Below, piece after piece: positions 1-12,964 of a stretch of 64,000 bases of DNA. This stretch comes from Octopus vulgaris (Eukaryota). The stretch covers positions 33,356,001 to 33,420,000 of the forward strand of contig OX597836.1 of the NCBI GenBank assembly GCA_951406725.2, given 5' to 3'. The number at the start of each line of letters is the position of its first letter. Positions within the stretch are counted from its first letter, which is position 1. A model generated the notes under the pieces. The model was not told where the DNA came from. It did no database searches and saw only the letters and a list, made by a program, of their open reading frames with translations. A program made the translations under genes and the position numbers.

Positions 1-74
1 TGTTTTTGATGTTAGATAATCTGCATACGGTATTTCTTCCGGCCCCAAGCTTGCCGGATAATGTTACGGTACTG
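1..74. mobile_element. Possible pogo/Tigger-type DNA transposon end (related ends at ~23470-23534 and ~31185-31250)
   Basis: GCTTGCCGGATAAT...GTACTG is shared with 23508-23534; the reverse complement resembles 31202-31227. An ACTG/CAGT terminus is typical of pogo/Tigger TIRs. Confidence 0.3.
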
Positions 75-684
75 CATTGTGAAGAAATGGCGAACCTCTC
101 AAAAGACAGCAAAGCACCTGAGAATCGTAGGAGACATAACACTGAAGTTAACCGAAAGGAATTTTCTTCCTATGGGATATTTCCACCATACTAAAAAAAA
201 GTACCACGAAGTACCATTACGTTTTTGTGTATCGCTAGCATCAATTCAGCGGTGTTTCAACGAGACTAATGCGTTTGGTGAATCACCAGACATGCTATGA
301 TAAGATACGGTTGAATTAGTTTATCATGCAGGCATTATCGAAGCCGGATTCCTTCTCTAGGTCTCGTACCAGACAGCTTCGTCCCTGCAACTTATTTACT
401 GTACTACTTCACGCATTTTTTCTTTCTCTAAATGTTCTTTGTCATAATCTGGACTCGATATCTGTTGCTTGTCTATCCTTTGTTCTACGATATCTATTTT
501 ATCTATGAAGGCAGCGGCTAATTGACTTAATTTAATAAACACCCAAACGTAGAAAATTTAATTAAATACACTGAAAAATGTAATTGCATTCATTATGAAA
601 ATGCAATTATAACCATTAAAGCAAGAAATAAAAAATATAAATTGACCTTTTAATTAATGTTTGTGTATGTATGTATGCATGTAC

Positions 685-726
<42 letters not shown>

Positions 727-971
727 CCTATATAATTATCAGTAGACACAAATTTTAAGGGCGTTAAGTGTGGCCTTTAATAACGAAGGTAATTCAAACT
801 CAAGGTAACCTCGGGCCCGTTTTTTTTTTTGTTTTAAATATTACAGAAACGCTTTAAAACAATATGCTTTGACACCCACGTTAACATTTAAAACCGTTAT
901 TCCTTTTCGTTTAGACAGTGTAAACTTAAGCGTATTTTGCATTGAAGGGTTAGAGATAGTTACGGTATTGA

Positions 972-1085
972 AGGTGGCGAGCTGGCTAAATCATGAGCGG
1001 TATTGCTTCCGGTCAATTAGGTTCAAATGCCGCCGAGGTCGACTTTACCTTCAATCATTCAGGGTTCGATAAAATAAACCAGTCA
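972..1085 (+). mobile_element. SINE family B, diverged copy
   Basis: GGTGGCGAGCTGGC...GGTTCAAAT GCCGCCGAGGTCGACTTT matches other B copies. Confidence 0.7.
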
Positions 1086-1330
1086 GGCGCGGCTGTGTGA
1101 TAAAGAAGCTTGTTTCCCAACAACATCGTTCTGAGTTCAGTCCCATTGCGTGACTACTTGGGCAGGACGACCAAAGCCTTGTGAATGGAGATTTGGTAGA
1201 TGGAAACTGAAAGAAGCCCGTCGTATATATGTATATGTGTCTGTGTTTGTCCCTTCACTATCGCTTGACAAACGATACTGGGGTGTTTACGCCCCCAAAA
1301 CTTAGCAGTTCGTCAAAATAACCGATAGAA
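1085..1330 (+). mobile_element. SINE family A, diverged copy
   Basis: GGCTGTGTG..AAG...GTTCAGTCCCA...GGAAACTGAAAGAAGCCCGTCG blocks. Confidence 0.8.
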
Positions 1331-1341
1331 TATACTTTTAT

Positions 1342-1697
1342 TTGTCATTTGACTACGGCCATGCTGTAGCACCGCCTTTAGTCGAACAAATCGACCCTAG
1401 GACTTATTTCTTTGTAAGCCTAGTACTTATTCTATCGGTCTCTTTTGCAGAACCGCTAAGTTACGGGGACGTAAACACATCGTTGTCAAGCGATGGTGGG
1501 GACGACAAACACACACCCAAAGACACATATATACGACGGGCTTCTTTCAGTTTCCGTCTACCAAATCCACTCACAAGGATTTGGTCGACCCGGGGTTACA
1601 GTAGAAGACACTTGCCCAAGGTGCTACGCAGTGGGACTGAACCCGGAACGATGCGGTTAGTAAGCAAGTTACTTACCACACAGCCACTCCTACGTCC
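1342..1697 (-). mobile_element. SINE family A (tRNA-like head, internal TA/TG microsatellite, ~350-480 bp)
   Basis: Minus strand reads A-box-like TGGCTGTGTGG, B-box-like GGTTCAGTCCC and CCTTGGGCAAGTG, with the tail ending near CAGCATGGCCG.AGTCAAATGAC; near-identical to many copies in the window. Confidence 0.9.
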
Positions 1698-2051
1698 GCG
1701 CCTGAAGCCACTCACAATGAGCACAGTGATAGTTTCGCCTGGCCAGGGCTGACCTAGGGTTGAAGAAAACAGCCATTAAAAAGAACCCCCACCACCACCA
1801 CTAACAACAACAACAACAACATTAAGCACTAATACGTGCCCCACCTCCATTCTCTCTTTATCACATCCATCTACGACTAGCAGCCACCAGAACTGATGAT
1901 AACAAGTATCAGTGCAAACATCGTTAACGCCACCACAATCATCAGCGCCGTTAATAAAGGCGAAGCTAGTGAGATTAGGAAGGAAGTAAACGGCATGAGT
2001 CGCTATTTTCTCTGCCACACACACATATATGCATATATAGACACATTCGTA

Positions 2052-2095
2052 CAGTAGAACCTCGGTTTACGAACAACTCTGATCACGAATAAATC
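2052..2095 (+). mobile_element. pogo/Tigger-like TIR fragment
   Basis: TA followed by CAGTAGAACCTCGGTTTACGAAC; partner end not identified. Confidence 0.35.
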
Positions 2096-2104
2096 ATATA
2101 TATA

Positions 2105-2329
2105 TAGGGAGAGCTCACGAAAAAACAAAGCAAAAGACGAAGACAGGTGGTGTAGAAAACAAACAGATGTATTAGTATAACGCTCAGGAATTGAAGAAGT
2201 CTTTCACGTTTCGAGCCTACGCTCTTCTACAGAAAGGGACACAGAAAAAAAACAAAAACAAGGAGAGAAAAAAATGTGTGTAGTGGCTACCGATCTATCA
2301 TGGCGACTGCCGGACAGAAGGGTCACAGG

Positions 2330-2330
<1 letters not shown>
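2105..2330 (-). mobile_element. Short hammerhead-like-bearing element, family P1 (Penelope-like terminal repeat remnant)
   Basis: Reverse-complement match to 19295-19456; flanked by TA tracts; motif at 2201-2236. Confidence 0.6.
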
Positions 2331-2378
<48 letters not shown>

Positions 2379-2389
2379 ACCTCGTGAGT

Positions 2390-2575
2390 ACCGCCAGCGA
2401 TTTTTTTTCCCTCTGCCTTCCCTTCTCGGGATCTTTCCGACGAAGATCTCCGCTCGAAACGTTAAACCCTCCTTCTTCCCTTCTTTCCTGAGCGTCCAAT
2501 AATACTTTATTTGTTCCACGTCCTCGCGTTGCTGTGTTTTTTTTTTTTGTGTTTTCTTGTTTGGATTAACTTTAT
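2390..2575 (+). mobile_element. Short hammerhead-like-bearing element, family P2
   Basis: Reverse-complement match to 6332-6517; CCGACGAAGATCTCCGCTCGAAACGTTAAAC at 2437-2467. Confidence 0.6.
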
Positions 2576-2997
2576 CCAGGTTTGGGTGTATACGTTGAGC
2601 AATGCCTCGATATAAGAGTTAATTCCAGAGACGGCTCGTAAAACAAAACAGAAATATATATAAATCGTAATTCGTTCCTAGAAAAGTATCTTACCTATAA
2701 AATTTATGGAACTCGTAAATGAATGACAATAAACCAACAGCAGAATGAAAAGAATATTTCATGTCAAGATCATTTATAATAAAAAATATTATTATTATTA
2801 TCGTTTTCTGAATCACTTTCACACTCTCAGTAGGCGGAATTGCTGATTCACAAGCACTCGTAGACTGACCCGTAGAGTTGTTCAACTCGACAGATCAGGC
2901 CTGTCGTCATTCTAAAAGCAAACAATCGCATGATCAATTCAGAACAATGTGGATAAATATGCAATATATTTGACAGTATGGTCTTATTGTTTTTGTT

Positions 2998-3028
<31 letters not shown>

Positions 3029-3135
3029 GTGTGTATATTTATTTTATTTTCGTCTTTTGTTCCTTGTTAAAAAACCTAACGTGAAGCTACTTTCTACAGT
3101 AGGGGTACAAATGATGATCTTGCATCTTCAAAGAA

Positions 3136-3166
<31 letters not shown>

Positions 3167-3215
3167 CAGACATATACATACATACACATGCATGGATACT
3201 ACTGAAGAAAAGTAA

Positions 3216-3389
3216 TCCCGGTGCGCGCACCCGCACTAGCTAGTCGTAACTAGTCGATCCTTTGTGCTTTTGTTTTATTTTGTTTAAAAAAATTTATTTG
3301 TGTTTTATTTACTTTGTGCAAAAGGTAGTCGTTCTAGGATCGACTAGTCACGACTAGCTAGCGCGAATGCGCAAGTACGCGCACCGGGA
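3216..3389. mobile_element. Palindromic MITE-like element
   Basis: TCCCGGTGCGCG..CTAGCTAGTCGTAACTAGTCGATCCT pairs with AGGATCGACTAGTCACGACTAGCTAG..CGCGCACCGGGA around an AT-rich centre. Confidence 0.7.
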
Positions 3390-3531
3390 CCATGTATGTG
3401 TGTATATTATATATATATATATATATAATATACACACATACGTGTAAGTATATGTAATGTATAAACATGCATGTGTATGTATGTATATACATATGTGTCT
3501 CTCTCTCTTTATATATATATATGTGTGTGTG

Positions 3532-3572
<41 letters not shown>

Positions 3573-3585
3573 CCGTGCCCCCGTC

Positions 3586-3814
3586 AGTTCTCGTCTCCTA
3601 CCTCCTCCTCCTCCTCCTCATCTTATTAGCTGGGTTCTTTGTAGTTTTTAGTAACAAGCTCTTCTTCAAAAAGAACTTGACTTAAACAGTTCCCCCCCCC
3701 ATCCGCGCCCGCTACTCCCTCTCTCACCCTACACACACACACACACACACACACACAATAAAGAAGAACAACCACAAACACATCACCACCATAAACTGTG
3801 TTATTTAAACCAAG
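3586..3814 (+). other. Candidate non-coding first exon
   Basis: Inr-like TCAGTT at 3584-3589 and donor CAAG|GTAAGA after 3814; motif evidence only. Confidence 0.25.
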
Positions 3815-3874
3815 GTAAGAAAGAAAAGAAAGCAGAGAGGAATCTCGCCTTTGATCTGTCTGTCTCCCAGAGAC

Positions 3875-4186
3875 GCACACACACACACACACATATATAT
3901 ATATACATATATATATATACACACACATATATATACATATGCACACACACACATATATATATATAAATACACACACATATATACATACACACACACACAT
4001 ATATATAAATACACACACACATATATATACAAATACACACACACATATATATACACACACACACACATATATATACACACACACACACATATATATACAC
4101 ACACACACACATATATATACACACACACACACACACATATATACACACACACACACACATATATACACACACACACACACATATAT

Positions 4187-4231
<45 letters not shown>

Positions 4232-4474
4232 TATATATATATACACACACATATATATATATACATACACATATATAAATACACACACACATATATAAAC
4301 ATATATATATATACATACATATACACACACATATATATACATATAGACACACGCACACACATAAATATATATATACACACACACATATATATATATATAT
4401 ATACATATACACACACGCACATATACATATAAATATATATACACACATATATATATACATATAGACACACGCAC

Positions 4475-4513
<39 letters not shown>

Positions 4514-4520
4514 CACATAT
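3875..4520. repeat. Compound (CA)n(TA)n microsatellite, ~645 bp
   Basis: Alternating CA and TA runs; source of the long spurious YI/VC/HT ORFs. Confidence 0.95.
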
Positions 4521-4935
4521 CTACCACCGACCGACCGACCGACCTACCTACCTACTGACCCACCCACCCGTCCACCCGGGTACCTAAACTCGACAGACGA
4601 AAGATAAGATAAATAAATAAATAAATAAATTTAAATAAACAAGTAGAAACATTACAATACACACACACACACACACAATAAAAAAAGAAGAAAAGACAAA
4701 CAAAAAAAAAACAGAAAAGAAAGAGAGAGAGAGAACGATAACGAAGAGAAATAATTTATCTCTCTCCATCCATCCCAACATACACAAGTGGAAAATAACG
4801 GGAAGAAGAAGAAAGTCATGATTTGCACGAGAGAGAAAGAAAGAGATGGATGGATGGATGGGGGAGAGAAAAAAACAAAGAACAAAAAAACGGAGAAAAT
4901 AAATGGACTTTTTTAATGAGATGCGGACGTCTTTT

Positions 4936-4966
<31 letters not shown>

Positions 4967-5116
4967 GCTGCTGTTGTTGTTCTTCTTCTTGTAGTGCGAT
5001 TTCCATTTGCAAGGCTTAGCTTTGTAGTGTGGTTGAGAAGAAGCTTGCTTCCCTGACCAGATTGGCCTTGACGTTCAGTCCGTCTGCGCGCGCGCCACTT
5101 TGGACAAGTTTTTTTT

Positions 5117-5150
<34 letters not shown>

Positions 5151-5153
<3 letters not shown>

Positions 5154-5532
5154 GATATAGTGATAAAAAAATCTACAGATGGAGAAGGACCTTCTACTAC
5201 TATGTTCTTAATGATAAAATTAACCTCTCTGTCTATATATCTACCCTCTTTGTAATGTTGGCAAATGAAATAAGTATAAAAATGTACATTGTCTATTTAA
5301 TTTTTAAAATTCTATATGTGGCTGAAGATTGCTCTACATTTTAAAACTGATGTAATACTTACGTTGTTTAATAAAATGAAGTAGCATGAAACGATTGTAC
5401 CACACAACCTTGGATATCCTTGTTGCTTATTTTGAATTATAATCACCCCATTTGATTTATATAGATAGTACCATACCAAATTCTGGTGACTTTAACTTTA
5501 GTACCATATTCATCTGAATCTAAATTTTGCTG

Positions 5533-5537
<5 letters not shown>
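5151..5537 (+). mobile_element. Hammerhead-bearing element, family P3
   Basis: Lies between two (TA)n tracts; 3' part CTTGTTGCT..TAATCACCCC..GTACCATATTCA is shared with the copies at 8766, 30394, 55192 and 59404. Confidence 0.7.
5317..5404 (+). ncRNA. Type I hammerhead ribozyme motif
   Basis: Helix I TGTGG/CCACA; CTGAAGA 5322-5328; helix II TGCT../..AGCA with a U-U first pair; GAAAC 5388-5392; GATT loop; GTA cleavage triplet 5397-5399. Confidence 0.7.
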
Positions 5538-5593
<56 letters not shown>

Positions 5594-5903
5594 TAGATAT
5601 ATAGATATAACCACGGGCCGAGGTCAAAGCCTTGCGAGTGGATTTTATTCGTAGGCGGACACTGAAAGAAGTTCGTCGTATAACAAACTCTGCGTGGCTA
5701 TCGCTTGGCAACTGGTGTTGGTTTGCTTACGTCCCCATAACTTAGTGGTTCGCACTCCCTCCCAAGACTTCTAGAATAAGAACAGGCTTGAAAAAAATCC
5801 TAAGCACTGGGGGGGGGGGGCGATTTCTTCATCTAAAGCCCTTTAAGACTGTGCCCCTGTAAGGCCGCCGTCCAATGACTGAAGCAAGTAAAAGTTATAA
5901 TTG

Positions 5904-5935
<32 letters not shown>

Positions 5936-5940
<5 letters not shown>

Positions 5941-6162
5941 CTTTACTACCCACAAGGGGCTAAACATAGAAGGGACAAACAAGGACAGACAAACGGATTA
6001 AGTCGATTATATCGACCCCAGTGCGAAACTGGTACTTTATTTATCGACCCCGAAAGGATGTAAGGCAAAGTCGACCTCGGCGGAATTTGAACTCAGAACG
6101 TAACGACAGACGAAATACCGCGAAGCATTTCGCCCGGCGCGCTAACGGTTTCTGCCAGCTCG
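5936..6162 (-). mobile_element. SINE family B (~230 bp)
   Basis: Minus strand reads CGAGCTGGCAGAA...GAGTTCAAATTCCGCCGAGGTCGACTTTGCCTT..ATCCTTTCGGGGTCGAT...GCCCCTTGTGGGTAGTAAAGAAATA. Confidence 0.9.
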
Positions 6163-6331
6163 TACACGTCATTCACCCACATAACCTTGCCTCATGACAT
6201 AGATAAAGAGGATAGGCTGAATGATGATGTATCCTCATACCAACACTATAGACCAATAACCGAACTTGGGCCTTGAGTCACTCCGTTGCTTCTGCTAAAT
6301 ATTAATAAAAATGTACATATATATATATATA

Positions 6332-6517
6332 TAGTTAATCCAAACAAGGAAGCACAAAAATGTAAACAACAACAACGCGAGTACGTGGAACAAATATAGT
6401 ATTATTGGACGCTCGGGAAAGAAGGAGGGTTTAACGTTTCGAGCGGAGCTCTTCGTCGGAAACATAGGAGAAGGAAAGATCCAGAGAAGGGAAGACAGAG
6501 GAAAAAAATCGCCAACG
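6332..6517 (-). mobile_element. Family P2 element
   Basis: Inverted copy of 2390-2575, abutting (TA)n. Confidence 0.65.
6429..6463 (-). ncRNA. Minimal hammerhead-like motif (variant core)
   Basis: Minus strand GTTT-CCGACGA-A-GAGC TCC GCTC-GAAAC-GTT-AAAC: 4-bp helix I, 4-bp helix II, palindromic AACGTT in place of helix III. Confidence 0.5.
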
Positions 6518-6718
6518 GTGCACTGGAAAGTTCCCGGCTTTGGGCAAAATAAAAATACAGGGGGACCAGTTAATTATGACTTTATTCAACATATACCCCT
6601 CTCAGATAATTACACACTAATTGGCAGTGGACTTTCGGTTTTTCTAAACCTGTGAAAGAACTCGGAAGGTTGGGCCTTCAACCAGGCCCTTTGCGATATC
6701 CTTAGCACCCCACCATGT
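6518..6718 (-). mobile_element. Non-autonomous mariner derivative (diverged)
   Basis: Reverse-complement match to 19046-19265. Confidence 0.65.
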
Positions 6719-6737
6719 ATATATATATACATATATA

Positions 6738-7121
6738 CTCTTTACTCTTTTACTTGTTTCAGTCATTTTGACTGTGGCCATGCTGGAGCACCACCTTTAG
6801 TCGAGCAAATCCACCCCAGGACTTATTCTTTGTAAGCCTAGTACTTATTCTATCGGTCTCTCTTGCCGAACCGCTAAGTGACGGGGACGTAAACACACCA
6901 GCATCGGTTGTCAAGCGATGTTGGGGGGACAAACACACACACATATATATATATACATATATACGACGGGCTTCTTTCAGTTTCCGTCTACCAAATCCAC
7001 TCACACAGCTTTGGTCGACCCGAGGCTATGGTAGAAGACACTTGCCCAAGGTGCCACTCAGTGGGACTGAACCCGGAACCATGTGGCTGGTAAGCAAGCT
7101 ACTTACCACACAGCCACTCCT
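6738..7121 (-). mobile_element. SINE family A
   Basis: Near full-length match to the family consensus. Confidence 0.92.
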
Positions 7122-7182
7122 AATATATATATATTAGATATGTTTCGACCAAAGATTGGTCCAGGCCATGTCTAACTTAATA

Positions 7183-7256
<74 letters not shown>

Positions 7257-7744
7257 ATGAATGAACGGACACATAAAAGACTAACTGTTTATTAACAGCG
7301 CCAATATGCTTTAATAAATCCTAACAGACTCACACAGCGTGAACCATACACACAGACACACATTTGGCACAGTTCAATTCACTGCAAGTCAACCCTAACT
7401 AATTCCATCTATTTAACCCCTCCTTCCTTCCTTCCTGCCACACACACACACACACACACACATACATACACAATCATACAACATTCAGAGCACCTCCGCG
7501 CCTGCATACCCACCGCCTCTCACTCATATCTCGCACCTGCCTCGTCATTTCAATCCCGAAAAGATTTCTAGGAGGAGGGGCTAATCTTTCGCCCTCTCTT
7601 ACCATATTAACCCAAGAGGGCCACACTTTATGTTATCATAAGAGTAATTAAGCGTCTACAACATCAGCCCCTAAACACACAGCCCCTAAAAACAGAATAT
7701 GTATCGGATATTTTGTTTTTGTTTACTCAGACGTGTGTGCCTGC

Positions 7745-7807
<63 letters not shown>

Positions 7808-8269
7808 TATATATCTTTGTGTATATTTCTTTGATAAGAATGTAACTGACAGTGACCTCGAAATTTCGGCCAACGAAGTCACAGTCAATATTTTCGGGTT
7901 AATCTATACTCTAAAAAAGTATAGAGTAACCCGTCAGATTAATAGGAAATTTTTTTTTAGTATAACAAAAAAAAAAAAAAGCAACAAACGCACACACACA
8001 TATATATGCATGCACGCGCACAAGCACATGTATTATGGATGACACATGAATTTTATAAACTATCGGGAGAACGTGAAACAATTATTTTTTGGAAAGTTGG
8101 CTTTCTCGAGGAACATCTCATAAAGCTCATAAATCGCATATAAATACTGGGTCGAAAAACCCTTTAAGACAGAAAAAAAAGTCGAATGCAATCAATATTT
8201 ACAAGTTATTATTTGTAGCTTTATGTAATATGCTTCGAAAGCTAATGTTACCAATATATATATATATAT

Positions 8270-8750
<481 letters not shown>

Positions 8751-8765
8751 TATATATATATATAT

Positions 8766-9157
8766 GCTATTAAAACTTTTTTAAAATTCTGTGATAAGAC
8801 TGTACATCATCTTTAAAGAACTTTAATGAACTTTTGAAATCTGTTTATGTTACTTAATTATCTACATTACTTCATGAGTATAGCCTCAACCACTAGGATG
8901 TCTAGAGAACTCACATGTATTTTAGCTGATGAGTACGGGACACGTTTATATGCTGTAATTTTTGCAACTTTTAATAAAGCCTGTCCTTGTATGAAACGAT
9001 TGTACTAAAAACCTATCCATTCTTGTTGCTTCATTCTCGCTTATAATCACCCCACATTACTGTATTGTTAAATCAGTATAGTTTTTTTTGGTGCATCTAA
9101 GTTAGGTACCATATTCAAGTAAATTCATTTAAATTAACTTGAATCTTTATTGCTTTT

Positions 9158-9159
<2 letters not shown>
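8766..9159 (+). mobile_element. Hammerhead-bearing element, P3-related
   Basis: Between TA tracts; shares downstream motifs with 5151-5537. Confidence 0.7.
8920..9010 (+). ncRNA. Type I hammerhead ribozyme motif
   Basis: Helix I TTTTAG/CTAAAA; CTGATGA 8926-8932; helix II GTACGGGACA/TGTCCTTGTAT; GAAAC 8993-8997; GATT; GTA 9002-9004. Confidence 0.8.
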
Positions 9160-9224
<65 letters not shown>

Positions 9225-9239
9225 TAGATATAGATGTAT

Positions 9240-9430
9240 GTTAACGATGTATTTCGAACAGCAGCAAGACTCCTTCAAGGAGGCATGCTAGGTCCTTTTC
9301 TCTTTGAAAATGTAATGGACTTACTCTTGACTCCCTATCCAAGACAACAGCCTCACCATCAACTAGAAGCGATCATCAAGCAGAGCCTAAAAATCTTTCT
9401 GACTTCGACTATACTGATGATCTTGGCGAC
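9240..9430 (+). pseudogene. Non-LTR retrotransposon reverse transcriptase fragment (RTE-like)
   Basis: LLQGGMLGPFLFENVMD (QG..LSP.LF motif), then in another frame LSDFDYTDDL (Y[A/T]DD catalytic motif) at 9395-9424. Confidence 0.75.
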
Positions 9431-10203
9431 CGCTGGCGGATAACTACTCGCGCGCGCGTGTGTGTGTGTAGTTTTGTCGAATAGTCTTTATAGCCAGATA
9501 GCTGCGGCCAATGATTGGACGCATGAATGATTCTTCTCTCTCTCACTCTCTTTTCTTTCTAATGTATTTAAAAAGACATAAAGCAAGTCACTGAAAGGAG
9601 AAAAGAGAGAGAGAGAGAGAGAGAACGCCATTGTGAATATTTTGTTCTCTCTATAAACAACGCATACACACACACACCACCTTATATTTACTTTAACTAC
9701 TTGACTGGGAAGTGCATTTATATACATATACATACATACATACACACTGGCTCACACGTACGTATGTATGGGTGACGGACTGGAAGATTACGTTTATGAG
9801 TGAACAATAAACTACAAAAGCGAACCTCAATAAAGCCGTTCGACCAGAAATATCAACCAAGTCTTTTCTCCTATAATCGTACAATTGCCGTCGTTAATAT
9901 ACAAATACACAAGGACACGTAGGTTAATGTAATAAACATCAGATAAGATTTGTGTCTTGAAAGCTAAAATAAGACAAAAAAAAAATGTCAACAAGAGAAA
10001 CAATACAAAAAGTGGAATAATTAAAGACTGCAAACACCTTTCTTTCGTCATTACTTCATTCAGAAAGGAAAAAGCTTAAGTGGCCATGACCCTTTTTTTT
10101 CAAGGGGCCCCATTCACTCCAAAAACTGATGGGAGGAAATGAGTAAGTTATTCTCAAGGCTTTAAGACGATGCGTTTTTTTTTTTTTTTTTACTTTTATT
10201 CAT

Positions 10204-10567
10204 TGACTTGTTTCAGTCATTTGACTGTTGCCATGCTGGAGCACTGCCTTTAGCCGAAAAAATCGCTTTCCCCCGCCAGGACTTATTCTTTGTGAGCCTA
10301 GCGCTTATTCCATCGGTCTCTCTTTACGAGGACGTAAACACACCAACATCGGTCGTCCAGCGATGGTGGCCCGGGGGTGGGGGACAAAAACAGACACAAA
10401 TATATATACAACCGCCTTCTTTCAGTTCCCGCCAAACAAATCCACTCACAAGGGTTTGGTCGGCCCGAGGCTCTAGAAGACACTTTCCCAAGGTTCTACG
10501 CAGTGGGACTGAACCCGGAACCATGTGGTTGAGAAGCAAGCTCTTAACCACACAACCACTCCTGCGC
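10204..10567 (-). mobile_element. SINE family A
   Basis: Match to family blocks. Confidence 0.88.
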
Positions 10568-10570
10568 GTT

Positions 10571-10645
<75 letters not shown>

Positions 10646-10870
10646 TAAATGAAAGAATGGAGTTGAACGACGAATTAACAAAATTCCTTTATTCTCATTC
10701 CTCCATTCTTTCATTTATTTGTATTAAAAAAACACACAAATTTCCACACGAAAGCACGTGATCTCTGCCCTTGGCATGTAGCTTCAACCGTGTTTTTCTG
10801 ACGTGAATTTGCTACCCAGGTATCGGGTTAACCGAATTATCCTTAATAAGATAATTCATTCAACTATTCT

Positions 10871-10932
<62 letters not shown>

Positions 10933-11050
10933 TAGGTAGAGATATTGGATGATGCAATCGCAGATGCACTATGGCTGAACAGAAAAGAAAAAAAGACAGA
11001 TAAGATGATCATCAAAGCCTTTGGACCACCTTTGATCATGCGTCTGCTGG

Positions 11051-11052
<2 letters not shown>

Positions 11053-11105
<53 letters not shown>

Positions 11106-11122
11106 TATTATTATTATTATTA
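11053..11122. repeat. (TAA)n/(TTA)n microsatellite
   Basis: Source of the poly-Ile and poly-Tyr ORFs. Confidence 0.95.
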
Positions 11123-11534
11123 TAAGATATTACTTTATGTGCGTGTTTATCGGTTTGTCGAACAAAAGCTTCTTGTTGAGTTTTACATCCCATTACGTCA
11201 AAGCTGGTCCGAGTCATTGGCTAAATAAAAGATCCGCTAAAAATAATCTATTCAAAAAAAAAACTAAACCCCCCAAAAAAACAAAACGTTTGCATGTGGT
11301 GCTACAGCATGGCCGTAGTTCATTGCCTCAAACCAGTAACCAAAGAATATAAAAAGGGGAAAAGAAAGAAAAATGACACAGACAACTTTGTTTCAAACAT
11401 TCAGAAATTCTAAGAAAAACGTTTTACTCATCAGAACATTTGGAATTAATAATAATAATAATAAATAAATTTTAAGACGTTTTATTATGTAGTACGAATG
11501 TATCAGCAAAATATCTAATTCTTCATCTTTTGTC

Positions 11535-11925
11535 TGTTACTCATTTCAGTTACTGGACTGCGGCATTGCTGGAGCAACCGCACCGAAGGGTTTCGATCGA
11601 ATGAATCGACCCCGGTACTTTTTTTTTTTAATCCCAGCGGTCACTTTTGAGAAACTCTAAAGTGACGTAAATAAACTAACACTGGTTGTACAGCGGTGAT
11701 AGAATAAACATATATATATATATATATATACACACACACGCGCGATGGGATTCCAGTTTCCGTCTATCAAATTCACTCACAAGAACACTCACAACACCCG
11801 ATCGAAACCGATCTGGTCAGCCCGGATCTATAGTAGAGGGCACTTTGCACTAAGGTGCCGCGCAGTGGGACTGAACCCAAAACCACGAAGTCGAAAATCG
11901 AGATTCTTAACCAAATGGCCAAGCC
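11535..11925 (-). mobile_element. SINE family A, diverged
   Basis: GCAGTGGGACTGAACCC and CAGTTTCCGTCTA blocks. Confidence 0.75.
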
Positions 11926-12088
11926 TACCACCGTCGATGTAACATTTTAACACTTTATTTTCCATTTTTTGTTTTTTAAATATAATTTTGTAAGCCAAGA
12001 AAAACTGCTTAGAGTCAAACCACCCCCCATAGATACTCTTTAGTCTAAAGTCGGCCCTGATTGATCTTTGATCCGTGAATCTCGACTT

Positions 12089-12670
12089 AGGGTGGCGAGC
12101 TGGCAAAAGCGTTAGCACGCCTGACAAAATGCTAAGCTGCATTTCTCATCCGTCTCTACGTTCTGAACTTAGAACGTGAAGACAGACGAAATGCCGCTAA
12201 GCGTTTTACTCAAAGTGTGAACGATTCCGCCAGCTAGCTGCCCTTTATAATTAAATAACGATTCTTTCTAATTTTTAAAACAAATCCAGGAATTTTGAAG
12301 GGATGGGAAGTCGATTATATCGACCCCAGTAACTAACTAGACAGGTTCTTATTTTATCGACTCCGATGAAATTTGAACTCAGAACGTAAAGCAGGAAGAA
12401 ATGTTCGCTCGTCATGTTAACGCTTCTGCCAACTCACCGTCTTTTTATAATAAAACAATAATTCCAATTCTGGAACAAGGCCAAGAATTTTGAAGGGAAG
12501 GGAAGTCAATTTCATCGACCCCAATACTTGACTGACACTTCTTTTTTTTTTTTTCATCGATTCCAAAAAAGTATGAAAGGCAAAGTCGACATCAACGGTA
12601 TTCGAACTCAAATGTAAAAACACACGAAACGCCGCTAAGCTTTTTCTTTAATTCGGCCAGCTCGCAGCCT
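12089..12670. mobile_element. Cluster of SINE B fragments in both orientations
   Basis: Plus-strand head at 12089-12166 fused to a minus-strand head; two further minus copies at ~12300-12440 and ~12500-12670. Confidence 0.7.
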
Positions 12671-12680
12671 CTAGAATTAA

Positions 12681-12964
12681 GTAATCACCGTGACCGACCA
12701 GGCTATCAGAAGTTGCTACACATCGCTGGTCACAATGCGCTTCGCTTTGTTTTAGCCTTCGAATGACGCCACCTCGCTGGCTAAGCGAGCAGGCCAAGAG
12801 AAGAGAGAGTGAGAGAAAGTTGCGGCGAAGGAGTACAGCAGGGATCGCCACCACCCCTGCCGGAGCCTCGTGGAGCTTTAGGTGTTTTCACTCAATAAAC
12901 ACTCACAACGCCCGATCGAAACCGCGAGTCCGCTGCCCGAACCACTGGGCCATTGCGCCTCCAC
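12681..12964 (-). mobile_element. SINE family C (tRNA-Arg-like head), tail type 1
   Basis: Minus strand GTGGAGGCGCAATGGCCCAGTGGTT..GGCAGCGGACTCGCGG; body shared with 36342 and 51708. Confidence 0.8.

Larger units (their letters stand above)
5020..5895 (+). mobile_element. Old SINE A copy split by (TA)n and a P3 element
   Basis: Head remnant at 5020-5110; body and tail resume at ~5606. Confidence 0.6.

Noticed and set aside
3626-4527. Longest ORFs (193-296 aa) and similar YI/VC/HT-rich ORFs throughout
   Set aside because: Translations of (TA)n/(CA)n microsatellites, which lack stop codons; no domain content.
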